Positions 11,216-22,893 of a stretch of DNA of 64,000 nt are shown here, piece by piece. The stretch is from the NCBI GenBank assembly GCA_002269645.1, contig NIVC01001072.1, positions 186,001 to 250,000 on the forward strand, read 5' to 3'. The notes beneath the pieces are model-generated. The model was given only the letters and a program-made list of their open reading frames with translations. It was not told the DNA's origin and made no database searches. Made by a program: the position numbers and the translations under genes. Source of the stretch: Macrostomum lignano (Eukaryota). Each line of letters begins with the position of its first letter. Within the stretch, counting starts at the first letter, position 1.

Positions 11216-13748
11216 CCAGCACCAGCAGCAGCACCAGCAGCAGCACCAGCAGCAACTGTTTCTGGCACCATCAACTTCAGCCCATCTTTCAGAAGAAGAC
11301 TTTGCTGAGGAAGAGAAGCTTTGCCAGCTGGTTGGCTCAATGCTGGACCAAGCGGCCCGGGTGGAGCAGCAGAGCTGTCTGTACCGGGGTCAGCGGGCCA
11401 ACCTCTGGGACGCCGAAGCGATCGCGGCATCGATGTATCCGTTTGTCAACGAATTCGGTGACAGAGTGTTTCGGCTGCAATTTCGAACCGCGTTTCCCTT
11501 TAACCAGCCGGAGATGCTCGAGATGTTTAACCTGCTGTCCGGGAACTTCTCTGTGAGAAGCTTGCATAATTTGGGTCGTTTTTAATTTGTATATACTACT
11601 GCTTGTCAGTAGCCTTCATATCGTTCGGCGTGTGCGCTCATAAAAATTGTGCGCAAAACAAACTCAACCCGGTGACTCCATGGGTGCTTGAAATTTCTAT
11701 CTGTACTTGTGATTTTGTTCCCTTTAATCAGCTTCCTTCATCAAAAATAAGCATCAAATTCAGCTAACAACTCCCGTTCACCCGGCCTGCAGTCAGGTAG
11801 CGACACGGAGCTGCTGCTGCGTCAGGGCCTCAGCGACCTGCGGTCGATCCACCTGCAGATGCGGCTGTTCCTGCACACCGAGGCCGCCCTTGCCGAGGTT
11901 GATGACGCAGCTCTGTCCAGCCTGCTGCTGGCATTCGCCGAGCAGGTGGACCGAGACCTCCGCTCCGCGTCGGCCGGGCCCGGCTGCGGTCAGTTCCCCA
12001 GCTTCTCCAAGTATGCCCGTCGACGAGCCGCGGCGCTGGCGGCTGCGGTTGGTCGCTTCGCCCAGACGGCCGAGCGGAGGCGCCGGCTGGTGCTTGGCCG
12101 GATGCGAGGCCTGGCAACCACCGTCATGGGCTTCGTGGCCTGCAGCCCCAGCGACGGAGTGGCCGATGGCGGCCTACGCAAGACGGTGGTCGCCTTGTTC
12201 GACGACATGCTGGCCTGCTTTGCGTGCCTCGGCAGCAGCTCCGGAGCGGCTGCTGGAAGCGGCGGCGGTGGAGGCGGCGGCTGCGAATCCAGACCGGCCA
12301 GTCCGCCACTGCCTGTGGAAAGGCTGAGCTATGACGATGGCGACCACTGCACCAGGGGCTTCGGTCGAGGCGACGCTCCGTCTCTGCAGCCGCTGCCCTC
12401 CCTGATGGAGCTGCATGACGAAGAGGCGCCTTCAATTGAGCCTGTTTCGGAGAACGAAGGCGCTGACGACGAGGACCTCCGCGACCACAGCTGGGGCGCT
12501 CGCGGAGTCGGTGCTGGCGAACACAGCCCTGGAGTGGCCATCGAGTCCGCTAGCGACTCTTTGCTTCAACCAGAAGAGGCCTTTTCGATTCAGTTCATGG
12601 AGCGACTGGAGGGTTTGCTGTCCAGCTTTATGCACAACGAGCGCGTTGACAACCAGGGCTTCAAGACGGCCTTCAATGCGCTGTACGACTGGTGGCGTCG
12701 GTCCAGCGGCGACGGCGGCGCGAATCGCAGCTGGGAGCGCCGGGTGACGACCATCAAAGAGAAGTTCGACCGAGCTCAGAAGCTGCGAGCCGAGAGCAAC
12801 GGTGTGAAGCGTTTGTACAGCGAGTCGGAGACCACCTGGGATCTCATTGAAGTGGCCAAGCTGATGATGGCCTCCGAGGATCGAACAACTTTTCTAGTCG
12901 AAACGCAGACGGCAGCGGAGCATCGGGAGCCGACGCTGAGCCTCGTAGACTCGACGCTCGCCACGCTGTACCTCTACCAGCTGGCGCAGGACGCCAGCGT
13001 GCTGTCTACGCGACTGCGCGCCGAAATTCAGCGCCTGATTCACCGGCTGACGGACTGCGGCCCCGTGCCGATGCTCTGCCTGCTGCGCCTGCGCCTCCTG
13101 TACATGCGTGCTCGGCAGTACTCTGACCTGCTGCGCGCTCATCCTCAGGGCTGCCTCATCCTTGAGCTAGCTCAGGTCCATCGAGTGCTTAACCGAGACG
13201 CCTATCCTGACGGTGTCATTACCTGCCCGCTCAACTTGACTTTTTGCGTGCCGCTCAACGACTACAAGAAGTTCTGCCAGCACGTCAAAGAGCTGCGCGT
13301 TCTATCGTTCGAAGCTCGCGCCCCGGTGACGGAGAAAACCGCTACTCTGATGAAGACCAGCAGCCTGAGGAAGATTGAAAGATGCTGTCAGTGCAGCATC
13401 GACGTCCTGCCGCCAGCCGGCTCCGGGGCCGCCTCGGACGCGGCCACCTGCGGCGCCACCGCCAGTTCGCCATCGGCCGAGACCGCCCTGACGGCCGGCA
13501 CCAGACGCAAGCCGCAGCTCATCGTTGGCGGACTTCGCCCAAGCTTCGGCCTGGTGGTTCGGCCGGATCAAAGCCACGGCCGGGCCAATGCAGCAATGCG
13601 GATGATTTGCGACATTGTGGGGCCGGCCGGCATCGGCGACCGAGTGAAATACCGCAGCTTCCACCTGAGCCTGCTGCTTCCTCACAACTACAAACCGCTG
13701 CAGGTGTTTGCCGAGACGTCAAGGCCGCTTGCATGTAGCGACTCGTGA
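10132..13748 (+). CDS. Uncharacterised protein of about 943 aa with a polyQ/H tract; exons 10132-10566, 11112-11552, 11793-13748
   Basis: Three phase-0 GT-AG joined exons give one continuous frame (MEDARTG... DRLSCADG...QQQQ... SGSDTELL...ACSDS*); GC-rich coding-like composition. No family recognised. Confidence 0.7.
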
Positions 13749-14639
13749 GCCGTCTGTCCGAGTTCCAGCCCGCGTTATTGAACTTTTCCTATCATTAATA
13801 TTATTATTATTATTATTTCGTACCTTTTTCAATTTCGTATTCGCTTCAAAGGTCGACATAGCTAAGTACTACTCAAACAGGATGTCGCAGAAGTATAACA
13901 GTTCAACTTTAAACCGTAACAACATTTTGACCAATACAGTACAGGAGTACAGGCACAAATATCTTTACTATGTTAGCGTACACAAAGTAGTCAACCTCCG
14001 AGGCTTCTATTTTTAGTAAAAAGTTACTTTTTACTGTAACCAGGTGCCATGGCTGCCCGCGGCACCATATTTTAGAAAAGTGTATCGTCAACTTTTTTTC
14101 TCGATATTTTGCTCTACCCGTTAAGCATTTCGAATAGATTTTTTAGTTAAATTTGCTTGTACCAGCTGTCGTTTTGAGTGACACCCGTCAATAATAAGCG
14201 TGTAAGTCAGCTTACTATAGTTAGCGCGGTTATTATTTAAGTCAAGACTTCTGCTGTCTCATGGTTTCTGGCTCTGTCTTGGGACTGTAAGGCAGGCATG
14301 CGCTAGAACGAAACGGTCTTGCAAACTGCTATGACGCACAGGATAGATTCTATATATTTAGGGGTCGCGCAAGACTGCGACAATCCACCTAATATATCCG
14401 ATGGGATGCACATTGCAATGCATTACTAAACGTACACAATCACACTCATAGGCAAGCAGTGTTACACTTCACAGGACAAAACTCCCCCTAAATCGAACCG
14501 AATTAGTGACTAAAATTCGAGTAGCAAAAATTCGAGTACAAAACATTACAATTCAAACGAAACCACAGTATGACTCACACAAAATTGAACATTGGCAAAT
14601 TAAAAGACACGAAAATAGACTTAAAACTGGGCCACATAG

Positions 14640-15720
14640 AAATCAGGCTGCCTTCTGTCCCTCCCAGACCGCCGAGGCTGGACAGCCTCCGGCTCCTCGA
14701 GCAGCTCCTCCCAGTCCTGCCGCAGGTCACCGTCGCCGTCCGGGGGACTGCAGTCGAGAGACGGAGTCGGCTCAGGCGGCGGGCCCGCCAGCTACGGCCG
14801 CCGCGGGGTGAGACCTTCAGGCGGTCGTGGTGCACCACCGAGCTTGGCCGCCGCCCGGGGCGCTTGAAGATGCGGTAGCCCCAGCTTCTCTAGGACTCTG
14901 TAGGGCCCCAGCTTCTCCAGGACTCTGTAGGGCCCCAGCTTCTCCAGGAATCTGTAGGGCCCCAGCTTCTCCAGGACTCTGTAGGGCCCCAGCTTCTCCA
15001 GGACTCTGTAGGGCCCCAGCTTCTCCAGGACTCTGTAGGGCCCCAGCCTCTCCAGGACTCTGTAGGGCCCCAGCTTCTCCAGAACTCTGTAGGGCCCCAG
15101 CTTCTCCAGGACTCTGTAGGGCCCCAGCTTCTCCAGGACTCTGTAGGGCCCCAGCTTCTCCAGGACTCTGTAGGGCCCCAGCTTCTCCAGGACTCTGTAG
15201 GGCCCCAGCTTCTCCAGGACTCTGTAGGACCCCAGCTTCTCCAGGACTCTGTAGGGCCCCAGCTTCTCTAGAACGGTGGCTGACCGCGCCAAAGCGCTGG
15301 AGAGCATCAATGGCAACAGGGGAGCGACGGCCAGCGTAGCAGCGACCACAGTGAGCAACCCGATGGCCCATCGGTATGCGGCGGACAACAGGGCGGAGGA
15401 AAAGGCAGCGCTCGAGGCAGAGGTGGCCGCGGCAGGTGCTTCAACTGCTCAAAGCCTGGCCACTTTGCCGCCCAATGCCCAGGTCGACATTCTGCTCCAG
15501 CGCCCCAGATCCCCTGCTACCGCTGCTCGGGCAGAGGGCACCGAGCCGAAGGCCTGTCCAACTCCGGCTTCGGAAAACTGCTGAGGACTGGTGACCGTGG
15601 GCCATCACCAGCCCTGCTCAGAAGGCCCGACCTGCATGACTCCATCTTCCTTCCCGCCAGCATCGCCGGCCAGTCGTGTCGGTGGCTGTTCGACACAATA
15701 GGTACCAAAGACAACCATTA
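14640..15720. mobile_element. Rearranged Ty3/gypsy remnant: minus-strand integrase C-terminus joined head-to-head to plus-strand gag/protease fragment
   Basis: Minus strand: GPYRVLEKLG..YRIFKRPGRRPSSVVHHDRLK (GPY/F module). Plus strand 15270-15720: LADRAKALESING... and DSIFLPASIAGQSCRWLFDT (protease start). Confidence 0.7.
14878..15270 (-). repeat. 27-bp tandem array (about 14 copies) encoding GPYRVLEKL
   Basis: Unit ccagcttctccaggactctgtagggcc; ORF 14792..15388(-) reads (LEKLGPYRV)14. Confidence 0.95.
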
Positions 15721-17440
15721 GGCACCAGAGAAACCCACTGGACACCAATTGTTAAGGCTCAATTGCAATTAGAATTTCATTTCTACCCAAACGGTCTCAG
15801 ACTTTCGCATAATTGCCAGGATTAATTTGAAATTCAGTGTTAAGTGGCAATAGTTTTTTAACGTTCCGTAATAAAATATTCATAAATATTTCCACAGCGG
15901 CTCAACGCTTAACTGTTGAAATAATATCAACACGTTTATTTTTAGAAAAAGAGTCAGAAAGCTCTTACCATAGCATACGTCTATCATGAATATGAAATGT
16001 AAGCAATATGAGTAATGTTACACAAAAACTTTCTTTGAGATTCAAATTTTATAGTTTTAAAAGTTGAGTTAGCTAGCTAGGTATACATGCATATATAGGT
16101 AACTTAAAAATTAATACTTTATAAGTACTGAATGAATCTTCAAAAGCGGCAGCTGAAAAATGTACTTTAAAACTCTTTAGTTTTGTTATAATTTCTCATT
16201 TTCAGACAGGCTGGCTGATTAATACTAAGAAGATTTTGAAACAAAATATAAATTATGACAAGAAAATTTAAAATGTAACGCAATCAAATTTTACTTAGAA
16301 TTTGTGTTAAAACATTGATTGAATTTTACTCTCGATGCTGTTGTAGGCTCAAATTGATCAGCATCTCTGCACTAAATTATCCCAGACAACCACTTACGTC
16401 TAGTGAACGTCGGCACAACGTCGGAAACCAACGTCGATCGACGGTCAGATTTGTCGGTTAGGCGAACGTCGAAATAACGTCTGCTGCCGACGTCGGTTTT
16501 CGACCTTAAGTCGACTTATTTTAGACGTTCAAAATTTTTGGAATATATAGATTTTCAAAATAGGAATGCTGCAATACTGCCTGCATTATTAAATTTGATT
16601 TCAAATTCATCGCATTTCTTAGTCAACAAAACAATTATAGAGTCATGGGTTGGTGCTATTTTTGTTGAAACATTGTATAAAATGCAGTTGATTTAAATTA
16701 TGTTGAAGAAGCCTTTAATTTACATTTATTTAGTTTAGTTAAGTACTCGTACACACAAGTTACTTATTGAAAGATGGGTGGGATAATAGAAAGATGGGAT
16801 ATTTTGAATTTAAATTAACTGTATTGAATTTCGCCAAACTAAATTTGAAAAATTTCAACAAGACGCATTTACTACACTGGTTTAAACTTTAAGAATAGTT
16901 GAAGGATGCACTAAACTTTGAACAGAAAATAAACATTAACATTAATTAATAAAATAATATATTATAATATAATAATATTATAATATATTATTTAATATAT
17001 ATTTTATTATAATAATAATAATAATATAATAAAATATATATTAATATATAAAATTATTAAAATTTTAACATAAAAGTTATACATTGTATTAGATTTAAAG
17101 TGAGATAAACTTTTATAAAATTTAATAAAATTCGTATTCATTTCATCATTTCGTATACTAACTGAGTACTACTAGTGTACTCACTGTATACTAATGTGTA
17201 TTTAAGAAGACTTAAGACAATCTTAAAGAGAAAATTAAAAAAAAAGCGGCAGCTACCGGAATTCTTAATTCCTACTTCGGGCGGAACAAAAGTATTGTCG
17301 TTGAGCTATAACTCTGCAAAAAATAGCTGTTCCATAATTTGACACTTAACGAGGCTAAGAAAAGCGCAGTCGAAGCATGGAGCCTGGCAAGATGCAAAAA
17401 CTTTTGTTCCACCTGTAGCATAAGTAACAGAAACAAAAAA

Positions 17441-19418
17441 TTACTTGCTATCCTTTGCATGCTTTAAAATATCCTTGACACAGTTTTCAACTTCTGCGTC
17501 AGTGCATTTAGTACTTAAAAGGCAAGCTCCCAAAACAGTTTCCCACAACTTCGTTGTTTTAAAAGCCAGCTTGCCCTTTCGTCCGGCGAAGCTGTAGAGT
17601 TCCATGAGAGAGGCGGTCATTAATTTCTTTAGGATGCGTCTCGCCACGTCCTTGGTGCACCGACCACCAGCAGTGGATAGTTGTCGCTTCTGAAATAGCC
17701 ATAGAAAGTTTGACAATATAATATATAATTCCAAAGTGACGATATTACTTCGAGATATCGCTTCAAATAAAAATTAATACAAAAGACTACATGGCTCAGT
17801 AACCACGGTTCTTACCAAGTTTTCCATGTTGCCTTCGATTTCCAAAAAATCACACAACGTGTTGGCGTCAGGAACTGTTGTACAAGGTAAATCGACAGGC
17901 AGACGAAGGTTAACGCCTCGACGTGAAGAAATGGCAGCGATGTGTCGGCCATTTTCTTCCACTTGTTGTCTTATGGCAGCCAGTTCGCGTAGCACAACCC
18001 TTTCAAAGGCTATTTAAGAGAAATATTTTCTTAGAAAAAGTAGTGTATATTATACAAAAAATGCGGTTACATTAATTGATGAAAAAATATTCTGGGCTAC
18101 TTACATGACAATGATGGCGGCTGAAGTTCAGCTTGCTGCCCACCAACTGAAGAGCTACGCTGCTGCCGCTCATCCAGCTGGCGCTGATAGGAGCATCGAT
18201 TGCCTTGGAGCAGCCGGTCTTCGCGCTGATTGCCTTGGAGCAGCCGGTCTTCGCGCTGATTGCCTTGGAGCAGCCGGTCTTCGCGCCGATTGCCTTGGAG
18301 CAGCCGGTCTTCGCGCTGATTGCCTTGGAGCAGCCGGTCTTCGCGCTGATTGCCTTGGAGCAGCCGGTCTTCGCGCTGATTGCCTTGGAGCAGCCGGTCT
18401 TCGTCTTCGAACTGATTGCCTTGGAGCAGCCGGTCTTCGTCTTCGAACTGGTTGCCTTGGAGCAGCCGGTCTTCGCGCTGATTGCCTTGGAGCAGCCGGT
18501 CTTCGCGCTGCTGACCTAAATGTTACAGAAAGTGTTGAAGAAAAAGCTAATATTTGATGTGGATGGACTCTTATTAGTATATCCATGTCTATGGCCCTGA
18601 CCACCGCCTACGTGCTAAGAGGCAGGGCGATTAAATATAGTTTTAAGCTTCTTGGCTCGCCATCAGAGCAGCCTAAGATACATTATACCAAAGCGATGGG
18701 ACTATATAACAATATTACAAAAATTAAATAAAGCGATGGGACTTTAAAAGTTTTTTTACCTGAAGCTTCTCTAGCCAAATTAGGAGAGCTTGTTGACAGA
18801 GGAAAGTCTGCATGGCTGGACTGACTGGCTCCAATATTTCCAGAAGAGAGGTTTGCTATAATGGTATCAATAAGGTGATTGTCCTATATATTTACAGTTA
18901 AAAACAAGCTTTTCTAATGCAATAGCCCCACATACTGTTATGCCAATATAGAAAAACTGACCAATCGCCGCAGGTAATGCAGGTGGAGCTGGCATGCTGA
19001 AAGTGGCCCCACTACTAGATCCTCTGCCTTTTGATGGTGCTCTAGTCAGCAGTTGGATTTCCGTAGGGTTAGGGTTACTATCCACAGAAATATCAACAAG
19101 TTGGCTCGAACTCGGAGCACATTGGCGCTTAGGAGGTGGCGCTTCAGTATCTTCTTCAGCTTCAGTTGTCAAATCATCAAAGCCTTTAACAGCCTTTTGT
19201 AGGCGGTGGCGAGCAGTCTTCTCATTTAGTGCAACCGACAAAAGACGACAAGAATGGAGCTCCCAATCATCTTCTGGCCTTGCATGACTAGTACGCAGGC
19301 GTACAACTTCGCGTCCACTCCGCTTAGGCCAGTAACATTGCGTTCTTCCAACCATCCATGCTCCACTTACATATTCCACAGTCTCATCATTGCAGAATTG
19401 GACAACTGGGAAGTTCAT
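17441..19418 (-). CDS. Transposon accessory protein (DUF4806-like), about 436 aa; exons 19418-18962, 18515-18105, 18009-17816, 17689-17441
   Basis: Phase-consistent GT-AG splicing. N-terminus VVQF..E.V..V...W.....CYWP; C-terminus LSTAGG...VARRILKKLMT..L...YSFAGRKGK.AF, recalled as DUF4806. Confidence 0.75.
18197..18512 (-). repeat. 30/36-bp coding tandem repeat (10 copies) in exon 2 of the accessory gene
   Basis: Plus-strand unit gattgccttggagcagccggtcttcgcgct; in the spliced minus frame it reads NQREDRLLQG. Confidence 0.85.
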
Positions 19419-19432
19419 CTGAAGCAATGACA

Positions 19433-21367
19433 TTAAGAATGTAGAGGAATAAAAATAATACTGCTCATGTGAGGCAATCCAACACACTTAGCAGAAATTT
19501 GGCCTATGTCGACAACATATTGAGGCTCATCAGACAGATCAGAAACACTAAATATTGACAGATGCTGTGAATCAACTGGATACTCAAAAAATGACTGAAC
19601 TTTCAAGTACTTTTTGCAAATAAAAACTGGGCCTTTAGTTGTATTGACAATATTAACAATTCGAAAGCAGTTCTTCTTTAGGTCAATAATATGGCAGTCA
19701 TTAGGATGAGTAGAAAACCGAAATTTGTCTGTTTGAACTGCACTGTACTGATCATACTCTGAAGTTAATGAAGGTGGAAGTGGCCCTGCTGAATGTGAAA
19801 ACAAATACTTGAACTTTGCTTTTATGCTGTCATTGCTAGTTTCTTTACTATTGGCACTTGAAGTCACTTGCTTTTCTTCCGTGAGTCGATTGCATAGCTG
19901 TTCTAGTGGTAGATGTTTAGCTCTTAGCTTACGCTTAATTGTTTGCATATAGTTCTCAAACTTAAAGGCAGAGAATCTATCCAGTGGTCCATGCAACTTT
20001 ACATCATTTGCCAAGTGCAAAAGACTATGTACATTGTATACAAGCATTTTTTTACCAAAAAGTTCTTTGCAACAGCTGACAAACAAATATAGTAACTCAG
20101 AAGCATAATCAGCCCTTTGAAGAGACACGGCTGGATTGCAAAGTATTGAAATAGCCACATGAAGTAGCAAAAAATGCTGATACCATGATGTTGGAAGATT
20201 GGAAGCCAATGCAACAATACCAGAATATAGCAAAAAGGTTCGATATTCTGTAGCCTTCCAAAACTTTAATTCAGAGAGTGACCTTGGCTTGCGAGCAAAC
20301 TCTGTTGGAAAATACGGCACAAATGAAAGTAGAGAATCTGAAATCTGAGTGACAACTCTACTTGGAAGCCTGTTTGGAAGATCTCCTTGCATCCACTGAA
20401 GAAGCAAACGTCGCATTACACCTAGACATACTAGGTGCATATAGTCGTATGGAAAACTATTTATCATATCAATTTTAAGTTCCAATAAAGGACATGCTTG
20501 ATTATGATGTGCTTCATCTTCCATGTCCCGAAATGATTTGTCTGTACGAAGTGCACTAGTCATTTCATCAAATACAACATGACCTACATGAGTTCCAGAA
20601 GCAGTGCATTTATCACATGATGAATAGCCACTATGATGCTTAACACCTTTAATAAAAGCTCTAGCTGGTGAATCACAAATGAATATTAAGCTAACATAGT
20701 CTTCAATTTCTTTCAAATCACAAATTAGCTGAGTTAAAAATGCTTCAAGCATAGGTTTACCAGGTCCAAAGTACACTGCAATAACAAATGGTGCACTAGA
20801 ACCAACTACACCAAGAATAGGCCAAAATTCTTGCTTTGAGCTTTTAAAAATAGGGAGTCCATCAATGTTGATTTGCACTTGTAGCTTTGAAAACATTCTA
20901 TTATTTTGTGGTATCTTTTTTTTGATCTCATCAAGGCCAAAATATACAAACTTTCCAGAGCCAAGAATAGTAATATTATTAACTCGTGGTGTGCTTAGAA
21001 GGGACCTTGCTGACTTAGGCAGGTTTGGAATATGACTTGAAAGTAATTGCAATAATTCTGAAGTAGCGGCATGCGTTATATTAAATTTGATTGCCCACTC
21101 TTTAAGTGTCTCATTAAAACCAATACTTTTTGATAATGGATCTTCATCTTCATCTTCTTCACTTGACTCTGGATAATAATAGTCAGTTGATAAATCTAAT
21201 TCTATAATGCTAGTAGTATTAGTATTAGCCAAAGTTTCCTTAGAGATATTAGCATTATCATTGACTTCATTTTGACTATTGGTTTCATCAGTAAGCACCT
21301 CAGAAATAAGTGTATCTGCCTTTCTTTTTATTGATCTTTGTCTTTGACGTTCATTAGATAAATCCAT
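19433..21367 (-). CDS. EnSpm/CMC-type DDE transposase, 644 aa, uninterrupted
   Basis: Motifs INIDGLPIFKSS..FWPILG, FICDSPARAFIKG..H..Y..CDKC, YDYMHLVCLG, WKATEYR.FLLY, YNVHSLLHL, GPL..FSAF.FENY, typical of animal EnSpm transposases. Confidence 0.9.
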   Translation of the reverse strand: MDLSNERQRQRSIKRKADTLISEVLTDETNSQNEVNDNANISKETLANTNTTSIIELDLSTDYYYPESSEEDEDEDPLSKSIGFNETLKEWAIKFNITHAATSELLQLLSSHIPNLPKSARSLLSTPRVNNITILGSGKFVYFGLDEIKKKIPQNNRMFSKLQVQINIDGLPIFKSSKQEFWPILGVVGSSAPFVIAVYFGPGKPMLEAFLTQLICDLKEIEDYVSLIFICDSPARAFIKGVKHHSGYSSCDKCTASGTHVGHVVFDEMTSALRTDKSFRDMEDEAHHNQACPLLELKIDMINSFPYDYMHLVCLGVMRRLLLQWMQGDLPNRLPSRVVTQISDSLLSFVPYFPTEFARKPRSLSELKFWKATEYRTFLLYSGIVALASNLPTSWYQHFLLLHVAISILCNPAVSLQRADYASELLYLFVSCCKELFGKKMLVYNVHSLLHLANDVKLHGPLDRFSAFKFENYMQTIKRKLRAKHLPLEQLCNRLTEEKQVTSSANSKETSNDSIKAKFKYLFSHSAGPLPPSLTSEYDQYSAVQTDKFRFSTHPNDCHIIDLKKNCFRIVNIVNTTKGPVFICKKYLKVQSFFEYPVDSQHLSIFSVSDLSDEPQYVVDIGQISAKCVGLPHMSSIIFIPLHS

Positions 21368-21973
21368 TAGGCCTAATTAAAACATCTGAAACAAAAAATT
21401 AAAAACAAAATTATTACTAGAAGTCTAATGGTTTATATAATGTCTCCAATGAGATTTTGAAAGATATTCAAATAGTTTTAAGACAGAAAATGCTTAGTTG
21501 AAATTGAAAAAAAATTATATTGGCCTAGTGTTTTAGTATAGGCCTAAGCTAAATAAAATGTAGGCCAACCAATTTTTCAATTTTAACCTGCAAAAGCAAA
21601 AGCATATATTTTTAAGCATCATAGTTTTTTAAAGTAATTAATATTTTAATGCTTTCTGTAATTTAGATTGCAAAACTTAGTTGCAAATACTATTAGTCTT
21701 CTCTACTCTCTGCATATTTATTGTTTGGCAAATCATGGGACCTTTATTATAGTCCCTAAAAGTCCCTAAAAGTTAAAAGTTCCCAAATAGTTAAACTGTC
21801 AATTGATAAGCTGGAAATTTCTAGCATAGGCCTACTAACAACCTTTTTAAGTGTAAAGCCAAGCCCAAGGCCATAAAGCTAACCTATATATATCTTATTT
21901 TAATAAATAAACTCTTATTAGCAAAACCACAAAGAATTTTGTCAATTTTTTTTTCTATAAGTATGCTATTAAT

Positions 21974-22893
21974 CAGTGTTGGGCACTTCCGTTACCGAGT
22001 AACTTGCAAATGGTAACGCAAGTTACTTTTTCGTAAAGCGTTCCTTACGCAAGTTACTTTCCTATTTTGGTAACGGAGTAACGGTAAGTTACTCAAATTT
22101 CAGAAGTCCGTTACAGTTACTTTGCAACAATCGCAATATTTAAATTTAAAACTGAAATGCTTAGCTATTACGCCGGTTGTCACATGTTTTTGCATTTTTC
22201 ATTCCTAAATTCAAAATTAAGTGAATAGTATCATATACAGCACCATAGTATCATTAGTGAATAGTGAATAGTGAATAGTATCATTCCTAAATTCAAAATT
22301 AAGTGAATAGTATCATATGGTATTGCGCTTAATTAATGAAGAAATACTTGAAACATGTTTTACTTTGTTAATTTCGGTAAAATATTGTCGCCTTTCATTT
22401 TCGTTACTAAAAATTTTCAAGTTTGATTCAAACAAACAACCAAAGAAAGAAATTCATCTGTAGCCTCCACAAGTCCCTCCACTGGCACTGCAGTACACTA
22501 CACCATTTTATACAGTTCTATTTATTTTACTCTATTGAATTATTGATATTCGTTTATTTTATCATTTATAATTTTAATTATTGATTGCCATTGCCCATTG
22601 GTCCTTCTACTTGCCTCACATCGTGTCGCCAATTCCTGTCTCTGTCTGTTAATCGGTTAATCCCAATGCCCAATGGCAAATTTCGGTAACAACAATGTGA
22701 AAAAATGTGCAATGTGAAAAAGCAGAAAATTTTGTTAATAACATGGGTAACGGAAGTGAGTAACGGACAGTAACTTAAAAGTTACCAGATTTTTGTCTAA
22801 AGTTACTAGGCTAACGTAAGTTACCTTTTAAAAATTGGTAACTTAAGTTACAGTAACGCAAGTTACTTTTTTTGAGTAACTTGCCCAACACTG
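21974..22893. mobile_element. Non-autonomous hAT element (920 bp) nested in the EnSpm element
   Basis: 12-bp TIR CAGTGTTGGGCA; perfect 8-bp TSD CTATTAAT (21966-21973, 22894-22901); subterminal GTAAC/GTTAC repeats. Confidence 0.9.

Noticed and set aside
11890-13738. Many overlapping ORFs on both strands within the 11793-13748 exon
   Set aside because: Shadow ORFs expected from GC-rich coding sequence.
14043-14075. GGTGCC..GGCACC hairpin as a Helitron 3' end
   Set aside because: No CTRR terminus at the expected distance and no matching 5' TC end identified.
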